A stretch of 60,692 nucleotides of DNA, filler included, from Sluysia triapertura (Eukaryota): the NCBI GenBank assembly GCA_046118255.1. It is 4 parts of 4 records of this genome, joined end to end, with 100 filler letters (N's around TTAATTAATTAA, not from the genome) between each part and the next. Parts side by side here need not be neighbours in the genome. Positions count along the whole stretch, not along the records: positions 48,104 to 60,692 come from JBJNIA010096663.1; 3 more parts are not named here. One strand, given 5' to 3'. The translations under genes and the position numbers were made by a program. Positions 51,749 to 60,692 of this stretch are shown piece by piece; within the stretch, counting starts at the first letter, position 1; every line of letters starts with the position of its first letter. The notes beneath the pieces are model-generated. The model worked only from the letters and a program-made list of their open reading frames with translations. It did no database searches and was not told the origin of the DNA.

Positions 51749-52327
51749 ATGATGACTACTCAAGAAACAATATTTTGGGGACAATTTATGTTCAGCAAGT
51801 ATGATGAAGTCAGAAAATTCATTATTTTTATCAGATCAAAATTGCCTTATGTATTTGTTGCAATTATTAGAAAAATCAAAAAACCTTATTTTATTGAACC
51901 AATCTAATTTCAAAATAATACCGATCAATCATATTTTGTAGTAGAAAAAATCGAACAAGGCTATTTCGAATATAATGGACGTATATCGCCTGGAGATTGC
52001 ATTTTCAGTATAAACGGAATTGATTTATCAGAAATGTCGCCACATAAAGTTATGAAGTTGCTGAAATCAAATTTCAATAAAAAATTTCTTAAAATCTTAC
52101 AGAAAAATACTGGATTTTTTTTAAAGAGCATCCTTTAAGTTCTCGATCACAAAATGAAAGGTTACCCTCATCATCGGAATCAAATTTACAAAATCGATAT
52201 AAAATATCCACGAAGAAGTACAAAACAAATTTACGAAGACATTTGTGATGTAGGAATTGAAGTAGAAATAAGCGTAATTGGTGATATTGGAATATTTTTG
52301 TATGAATGTGTGGAGGGCTTTAAATAA
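51749..52327 (+). pseudogene. Dishevelled-like remnant (PDZ plus DEP start)
   Basis: YFVVEKIEQG..NGRISPGDCIFSINGIDLSEMS (cf. Dvl GRIEPGD..VN..FENMS), a shifted KYW (cf. AKCW) and GIEV..IG..FLYECVEGF (cf. GLEV..WLY..VEGF); in-frame TAA at 51905 and 52136. Confidence 0.6.
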
Positions 52328-52397
52328 TTTAATTTATTTAACTGATAATTATTATATATTTTTTAATTTTTTATTAAAAAAGTTTAAATAAAAGCAA

Positions 52398-53570
52398 TTA
52401 AATTAAATAAAAACAATTTAACTTTAATTTAATAACACTTAACAAAATAGGCTTAAGGCCTATAAAAATTAACAAAGTGAAAACAGCAACAAAGTTTGAT
52501 ATTTTATTAGAAATAAAACCTAACAAGTGAAGAACAGATATAAACGTACTTAATAATAAAACTAGCTGAATTGTAAAAAATATCTTCACCATATAGCATT
52601 TGAATATTACATATTTAAACTGTATTGTACAATTAGAGTCATAAACGACTTCATTTTTATTGGGTGGTTTCAAAAAGAAATAATTGTAATGTAAACCGCA
52701 TTTGCTATTCCTAGATTCCATTTCTATTTCTGCAAAACTATTGAAATCTGTAGCGACCAACAAGCAGCGGACAATAATTTTGCGTTTCTTGATTGAAAAA
52801 TTGTAAACGGTTTTAATGTATTTAAAAGTTCAAGTAAAAGGGAAACAGATGGTAAAACATTGTTCGAACTATATGCTGCATCTACAAAATAGTTTGGTAA
52901 TAATAGCTTGGTAATAATTAGTATAAATTCTTTGGTATTCTTAGACTCTAACAATACATAATGATTTATTCCAATGAGCTCTTGGCATTTTTCTCTGATT
53001 AGTAATTTTTCGAAACTGTTTATTTTATCACAGATTTCATATTTTGAAATTTCGTATTGAGTCCATTCAATTTCAATTCCACATAGTGCTTTTCTCGAGA
53101 AGCATTCTTTTAATTTTTCATTTTTATCACATTTTATGACTGCAATAGGAATACCCCCAATTTCCGTATAAATGAATTTTTCGACATTCAAACTCATTAT
53201 CACATTCTTTTGTTTCTTTTGAATTAATTAGAATTATAATAGCATTTATGAATGACAATTTTTCTAACAATCTTAGCATGTATTCCATTTTTGTATTATT
53301 GCCATCAATTACAGCAACAAAATATTCATTTTGATGATCTTCTTTTATTAAATCATATACTTCATTATTCGAATCTAAATATCTTATAATACTATGCACT
53401 CCAGGGTATTGTAAAGTTCAACCTTTCAGTAATGAATTATTATTGATTGTGAGACAAGAAAAGGCTTGCGTATTTCTTGTGTCTTTAAACATAAAATAAT
53501 TCATCAATAAATGGGTTTCAACAAAGGTAATAGAAATAATTACGGAAATGAATAGTTTAATAAAATACAT
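52398..53570 (-). pseudogene. Nicastrin-like intronless, internally shortened copy
   Basis: Signal peptide from ATG 53570; CLTINNNSLLKG* spaced like CVRLLNATHQIGC; YTEIGGIPIAVI..LKECF..LCGIEI..KCQELIGIN..ITKL..YF; shifted FNQETQNY; MESR..FFLKP..E then hydrophobic segments. One stop and at least two frameshifts. Confidence 0.65.
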
Positions 53571-53759
53571 CTTAAATATTTTATATTGATTTTTTCATAA
53601 TCATAAATTTTTATTCATAATTATAATTTTTTGTTTTATTTTTTTATTATTTTTCAGGAAATTATTGGATAACAAAGAAGAGCAGATAAAGTACTGATAT
53701 AATAGTTGGTACATATTTGATTTGTAGTAAATTGTTTTATCACATTCTACATAAATAGG

Positions 53760-53960
53760 ATTTCTATATGTTTTGGATCTCGGTATTTTATTTATTATTT
53801 TACTTTCAGTTTTAATGCTGTATTATAACGATTCCATGCTGTTTTTAATATGCAATTATGACAATTTTTACAACGAAAACATTGATGATGATAAACTTCA
53901 CCATCGGTTTTTAATTTATCAATGACATAAATAGATTTGGAGCATTCATCCACTTATCAT
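53760..53960 (-). pseudogene. LIM-domain remnant
   Basis: DK(C)DECSKSIYVIDKLKTDGEVYHHQCFRCKNC; first Cys codon lost by a 1-nt deletion, second zinc finger decayed. Confidence 0.75.
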
Positions 53961-54099
53961 TTGTATTTTCATTAGTAATAGAAAGAAATTTTGTGTTCGT
54001 TTCCGGTTTCATTGAATTACTATTAAAATTTGATTGATTAAGCTGGGATGATAAATTAATTTTGTTTTTTAATCTATTATCAGGATTTTTTTTTGATTA

Positions 54100-54606
54100 G
54101 TTTCAATGATTTTAATAAAATATTATTAGTATCTGATTAGATTCATTGTAAATTATAATGACATTTTCTTGATTGGTATGAATAGTATAATCGAGATCAA
54201 TATATTGTGTGTGTTGGGGAAAAATATTGGGGGAACACGAAAGAATAGAAAGAAAGATTGATAATAAGGATAAAAGAAATAATAATGATAACAATAAGGT
54301 GGTTATTATGTTTATTAATACTGCCATTGTTGATGTTGATATAAAATTTATTGTGAAATTTGTTATAAAAGCTATTATAAAAGTTATTATTTGATAATCA
54401 TATTATATAACAATAATGACAATAATTATTATACATGTTGTTTAGTACGATTTGAATTGGAATAACAATAGCTGTAGTTCATGATAATTAGGCGCGATGA
54501 TCATGTTTGTTTTTTGAATGAGTTTAGTAGTTTGTTTAATAATCTGTGTACGAGTGAAGTCTTTATATATGATGAAGTGTGATGAATTTTGTGTGATTTC
54601 CCTACA
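54100..54606 (-). repeat. G-poor LTR-like repeat
   Basis: Minus strand starts TGTAGGGAAATCAC; aligns with 14560-14747. Left limit approximate. Confidence 0.6.
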
Positions 54607-54611
54607 CTAAT

Positions 54612-55951
54612 TTCGAAGCCAAAACTGAGTGCCCGGAATAAGTTCCTCATGTACAGGAACTCTGTGCAGTCCAGACTTCCGTTCCACCTAAGGAACCTGA
54701 ACATCAATGTACAATCCCTCAGCACATCCAAATCAGTGAGGTACGACGAAAAGATACAAGAACTGCTGAAAGTGTGCCTCGGTTTCTTTCTTGCACACAG
54801 GAACCATGGAGGACTCAGCCTAACCTCAGCATATGACGACTATATGTGTCAGAACGTGATATGTGCGTTTAGACTATTCAATAGTCATACACCGATAATA
54901 GGCACACTGGCACATCGGGCGGTTATACATACAGCCAACAACCGGATGAATTGAGATTGCGTGGATCAGATCCAAGCTCTCGCATTGCTCAGTGGAAATC
55001 CTATGGATAAGAGCGCTAGATTGCAAACCTGGTGGCCGAAAATCCGAACTTCTGTCAAGAACTTGGAATAAAAGTACAGGATCACTGCTTCATTCATCTG
55101 CTGTGATAAGTGCAATGTCCAACTATCACTGAAATCGGACATACTTGATGACAATCCAATCATCATTAGCCAATACCACGAGAACAAAGTCGGCGAATAC
55201 TTACAATCAGAACTTACAATACCAATATCTGGAAGTCTCTCAAGTGCCAGGGTATCTATGTCGACTCGTATGCAGTACCCATTCTCCAACAAATCCCTGC
55301 CACTTGAACTGGAAAATAATGCATGGATGTTTATGATCAAGGCCCGGAACAACAACCTTAGTCTTAATTTCAGTCTCCATCTGCAAGTATCATGTCGATG
55401 ATGTGGCTTCGAATCTGAATCCCTTCTACACGTGCTCTGTCTATGTCCTGACACAAGCATAGCCAGAACAGTCCGGCACAACAAAATCCTTAACTACCTG
55501 GACAAAATGACCCAGAAGGGATTCTCGGTCATCTTGATTCCCCTACACCAATTATTGATGACACTCGACGACCTGACATACAGGCCACGGTACTTTCTTA
55601 TCGCAACTGTTCTTGATTGATATCAAAACTCCCATGGACCTGAAGAAAAACTTCGAAATAGCCCGAACCACCAATATTGCGAAGTATGCTTATCTCCAGT
55701 TCAAACTGCAGCAACAACCGAAGTGCAAGGTGTCTCTCGATACATTCGTAGTTGGAGCCTTGTGTTCATGGGATCTCGAGAATGACAAGCTTCCACAAAC
55801 TGAAATCAAGACCCTGATACGACAATATGGAGTCCTCCAATAACACATACCACGACCATGTCCTACAAGATCCTTGAATAGACGAAAGAAGATTACCTTC
55901 CTTCTCTAAAAAAGAGAGACTAAAACTATTATATTAATACATGTTTTTAAT
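54612..55951 (+). mobile_element. NeSL/Utopia-like RLE retrotransposon, longest copy (C)
   Basis: RT thumb (LSARNKF..HGGLSL..AFRLFNS), WMFMIKARNNNL, CCHC knuckle CR*CGFESESLLHVLCLC, RHNKIL, IDIKTPMD..AR..KY..VSLDTFVVGALCSWDLENDK; stop 55875-55877; ~74-nt 3' UTR. Confidence 0.93.
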
Positions 55952-56015
55952 CATCGAACTGCGAAGCTACGGTTCCCGGCTTCGATCCCCGGTGAGTCCA
56001 TTTTATAAAGTCTAA
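55952..56015 (+). tRNA. 3' half of tRNA-Ala-like gene (copy C)
   Basis: CATCGAACTG..GGTTC CCGGC TTCGATC CCCGG TGAGTCC A TTTT ATAAAGTCTAA. Confidence 0.75.
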
Positions 56016-56969
56016 CAATTTGTCTTTAAAGAATAATTTACATTTTTATAAAGAATAATTTATATATTTTAGTTGTAATACTGTGATAATAAAAGGAATG
56101 TATTGAGATTTTGAATTTATTTAGTTATTGAATGCTAATTTAATAATTTGCGAAAATAAAAGTACTAAAAGTCACAATGTTAATATACTTTTAGTTTTTA
56201 AAATTTGTTATTTAACAATTTCAGCTTTTATTGCATTTGAGTTAGTACGGATAGTAAAATCTGACTTAGTTCACTAAATATTATTAATTAAGGAATGAAT
56301 TTGCAGTTTAAGTTTTCAATTTAAAAACAAACCTCCATAAATTATTCTTGCTGATACTTACGAACTAGTCCTTAAGTGTATAAGTCTAGAATCGTAGAGG
56401 ACTAAGGAATCACATTTTACATTATATAATTAAGCTTAAAATTCCTCTACATAATGCAAATAGAAATTGGAGAATAGTTTGAGAAAACAGGCCTACATAC
56501 AACATACTCCATTGAGGAAAAGGATCCAGGTTATTCGTCCGGTGAATTTACTATGTGGGTTTACCCCAAAACCTGATACGTGGTTTAATTGCAGAAATAC
56601 TGATTTAGTTCTTCTGTTCCATTTACTTATTACTTGTTTTTTAATAGTATATTAATGTTACCTTATCTTGTTCTAATTAATTCAATTTTAGTTAAAATGA
56701 ATTAATGGTAATAATAATAATAACAGCAACAACAACAATAACATTGTTATTATTATTACTTAAATAAAATTCACATAAATCTTTAACATTCTACAACACG
56801 ATCTTTTCTTTTGTAATCTTATCTTTCTACATATATTCATAAAAATAAAGGAAATAAAACTGACGGAATAGTGAGAAGGAAGAACGATAGCGAGGTGTAC
56901 TATATCTCAGCTATCATTGTTGCTTCTTGTTAAAATAATGAACTGTTTTAAAGTTTAGTTATGTTTATT

Positions 56970-57615
56970 TCTAGAGATACAGGAATGGTTAGAGTTAAAA
57001 TTGAAACGAAGAATGTTAGAATAATTTATTGAACTTATTGGAAGTTTATAATTTGAAAACGAGATTTATGAATGAACTTGAATGATTGTAGATGCTTGCT
57101 GAATGATTGAAATTATTTTAATTTTGATAGATGATTACAAAATAAGTCTTAGTATATTATAATGTTGTTACGAGTAATTGTGAATGATGCATAGTGTAAC
57201 AGCAATGTATTTAGGTCGGTGTTGTGGATTAAGGTTTTAAATGGAATGACATATGATTGTGAGGTATTTATTGGGATTAATTTATAATGCTATTATATTC
57301 ATGATTTGTAAGGTTTATACTGTAGTTGTAATTTGTTTGATGAAGTATTTAATGAATGAATGTTATGAATTGTTTGAGCTAAATGTAGAAGTTTGTTATG
57401 TTAGAAATGATTGAGATATTCGTTGATTTGTTGTTGTATGAGTTAATGAGGTGTTGTGATTGTCTAAGGTTGTTTTATGATGTTTGTGTTGGTGTAATTC
57501 GGAATTAGAAAAAAAAGATATGATTATTATGGAAATTTCATTTTAGTGGATTTTGATTCCTGAATATTAGATTTGGTATTTCGATTGGGTTTAACTATGA
57601 GTGTTGACCATTACA
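56970..57615 (-). repeat. G-poor LTR-like repeat
   Basis: Minus strand starts TGTAATGGTCAAC; plus strand is G/T-rich and nearly C-free. Confidence 0.45.
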
Positions 57616-58198
57616 AAATTTTTGTAAAATACTCATTCCAGTGACAAAGTTACGATAAAATGTTTAAATTATTAATTTCGATGTAAATAATCCAAGATGA
57701 TATTAATTTTAATTATGCCTTTGTTTTATTTCTGTCTTATTATATAAAATATTATCTTAATTTACATTTAAAATAATTTAGAATTTAACAATACCCAAGA
57801 AAATGAGTTTTCTTAAATCATTTATTATTAATTTATTAATTATATTTTAGATTTTGAGATTTTAATAAATTTTCTGGTTTTAGAAATTACAAATCGAGAA
57901 AGCTAATAAAATCAGTTTTGTATTAAAAAATGATTGTGAAATTATTTTATACAATGCATGGAAATATAAAATAACAAAATAATATAGGGTTTTGTTCCTT
58001 ATTTGCAGAACTGAAAAAATAAAAGACAGCAATGGCAATAAAATATGATATAGAGAAACCACTTCAAAATGATGAATAATTTGAAAGAGAATATGTTTAA
58101 TTTGTGGCATTAAAAATAGAATTTTTAATAATAATTTTGTGATATTATTTTAATATATTATTTAAGTAAAATATAATCAAAAAAATAACAAATAGCAA

Positions 58199-58230
<32 letters not shown>

Positions 58231-58259
58231 ACTTGTAAAAATACTATTTTTAATTTTAG

Positions 58260-58441
58260 GTGGTAGCAAAGTATTTCATGAATTTCTAAAACTAGAATAC
58301 AGTGAAGAAAACATAATGTTTTATCGAGCTGTCGAAGAATTACAGTCAGAAAATAATCCAGATATTATAGAAGAAAAATCTCACGCAATTTATGAAGATT
58401 ACATATCTATTTTATCCCCTAAAGAGGTTAACAAAAAATTA

Positions 58442-58478
<37 letters not shown>

Positions 58479-60525
58479 TAAATAATAATAATAATATTAA
58501 TATTTATATTAATATTATTATCTTTGCCCTAAAGTAAAACTCAAATTAAACAAAAAAGAAAACATTATTTCATCACTTTGTTATGATTTTTTCTTTATAT
58601 TTCTGCTCCTGCTCAAATATTTGAATAATGTCAGTATTATTTAATTGTAATATTTCTTAGATTTCCAATAAAAAAGACTTTTTTGTATAAGAAATAAAAG
58701 TAAACATAAAATATGATAAAATAAAATTTTTAAAATAAAATCTAGCGAAAAAGTAGAATTAAAAATAAAAAAAGGAAAAACTATTTATTAAAATAAATTG
58801 GTAATACATTAAGTAATAACAAATTTATAAATTTTAAGAAATAATAACAAATAAATTGAAAAAATACAATAAATTAACTAATTACTGCTTCAGAGCTACT
58901 AATTACTTCATATTAATTGCATATTAAAAGACAAATTATTGTAGGAAATGTTTCCTACATTTAAAATAAATAAAATTAATTTAAAATAAAATTAATCTTT
59001 TTCAGTAATATATCTTTTTGAAAAAAATATTTTGTTTTTGTTGTTGAAATTAAATTATAATATACCTCTAAACCCCGAAACTAAACAAACAAAGAAAAAT
59101 AAAACTATGCAACATAAGTGAAGTGAGCCATAACTTTAGAACTCTCAATCACTCTTAAGAGATACGTTTCAACAGTTACGAAATTATAATTAACATCTAC
59201 CATTAAATAATAGCTCTTACATCTTCTCATGCATTTTCTATACCTTCTAAAATCTTTATTTTACTTTTATTTTACCATTATTTGACTATCATTGTAATCA
59301 ATTTTATCAAATCTACTATAAAATAAATATTCAAAGATTATTATTATTATTATTAATTCAAAAAATAATATATATTTTGCTATTTCCTTTTGCTTATGCA
59401 TTAACCTTTAAAACTTACATGTAAAATTAACTTAAATGAATTGATTAATATGAAACACTTAAAGATAATAAATTAGACAATATTTCATGTTTCGTAATGA
59501 TGAATCGGTAAATTGCAAAATCGATACCATTCAAAATGAAAGTTCACTTAATACTAAAATAATTTGAATATTAACTTTAAATTGTTTAAATTGCTAAACA
59601 AGATAAAGTCGAAAATTTATTTTATATGTAAAAATTTACTATAAGAGTACATTATCATTTTATAAGAATAGATGCTAAGTTACAAGAGAATTTAATCGTA
59701 AAATGAATGTTTACTTACATGGAATAATAATCCTCAAACACATGGATGAAATTTACTTCATCGAGTATCTATGTAAAGTTTGTAGTTTTTGAACGTTGTA
59801 TATCTGAACAAAATTCGATAGTGAACTTAAAATTACAAATACATTAAAAGTAAGGCTACTTTGAAATGAATTTTTATAAGTTCTTGTATTACATCATTAC
59901 CAAATTAAATTTAAATTATTTCAAAATGTTAAGGTCAAAATTTAAATTGAAATCTATCCAATAAATCTGGTAAATTTTACTTAACTTTTTATTATTTTAT
60001 CGTTGCAGAAAACATCACTATCGTTTGATAACATTCTTAAAACTTTATGAATTTATAAATGAGTCATAACAAAATATAGAACTAAAGGTAAAAAAAAGTT
60101 TAAAAAATTAAAGTGAAAAAATTAAACATCAAAGTTTCACTTATTTAAATTATACTTAAATGTAATATTATTTTTATTAATGTTCTTAATCATGAAAGCC
60201 TACAAGTTCTAAAGACTTATATTACTGGATATAATATCGTCTCGCAAATAGCAGACAATTATTATTAAACAATAGTAATTATATAATTATTTAGGTAAGT
60301 TTGGACTCTAAAGTACGCGAAGTTATTAATGCAGAAATGGTTCAACCTACTTCCCGCATTTTCGATGAAGCCCAACTTCAAATTTATACATTGATGCAAC
60401 GAGATTCTTATCCACGTTTCATTAATTCGAGATTATACAAAGATTTTCTTCATCAACTTGGTGGTAGTTCAAATTCTTCTAGACATAGTACCAGTGGTAT
60501 GTCAGGTAATACAGTGCCCACCTAA
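58260..60525 (+). CDS. Regulator of G-protein signalling, RZ subfamily (RGS17/19/20-like); last two exons 58260-58426 and 60295-60525
   Basis: GSKVFHEFLKLEYSEENIMF..IYEDYISILSPKE|VSLDSKVRE..FDEAQLQIYTLMQRDSYPRF; canonical GT-AG 1868-nt intron; 5' exons not found. Confidence 0.95.
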
Positions 60526-60622
60526 CTAACTATTAAAAAGAAAATTTAAATTCATTACCTCTGTTTTTCCCTATGTTACTATTATGTTTCTTTTTTATTC
60601 TCTCTCAATGTAACTTTGATAC

Positions 60623-60623
<1 letters not shown>

Positions 60624-60692
<69 letters not shown>
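60624..60692. repeat. (ATT)n microsatellite
   Basis: Perfect run to the window end. Confidence 0.9.

Noticed and set aside
53418-53420. TGA at a conserved Cys as selenocysteine or recoding
   Set aside because: The same copy has frameshifts, no SECIS was seen, and TGT/TGC to TGA is a single substitution.
54966-55484. 172-aa minus-strand ORF (also 54501-54731, 26022-26216 and 21548-21793)
   Set aside because: Antisense shadows of the retrotransposon or RING coding strands.

Overview
Very AT-rich eukaryotic (animal) scaffold with assembly gaps. Introns of 31-40 nt suggest a compact invertebrate genome; an orthonectid such as Intoshia is a guess, not a result. Apparently intact host genes are SmB/SNRPB (31631-32198), a six-exon TMEM38/TRIC channel gene missed by the ORF track (32985-33903, -), the last two exons of an RZ-family RGS gene (58260-60525) and two RING-finger ORFs. 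The most interesting system is a NeSL/Utopia-type non-LTR retrotransposon with a restriction-like endonuclease (RLE). Three 5'-truncated copies all end against the 3' half of the same tRNA-Ala-like Pol III gene, and two of them begin right after its 5' half. This points to a tRNA-targeting site-specific retroelement whose target is itself a dispersed repeated cassette. Also present: a decayed Polinton/Maverick relic (major capsid protein plus protein-primed PolB with an endonuclease VII-like insert) and a hairpin-rich repeat family without terminal inverted repeats (TIRs). There are G-poor LTR-like repeats, remnants of Tc1/mariner, pogo, hAT, CR1, gypsy and BEL elements, and decayed, internally shortened host-gene copies (SRBD1-, SH2-, Dishevelled-, nicastrin- and LIM-like). 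All homologies were recognised by eye from motifs; no searches were run.
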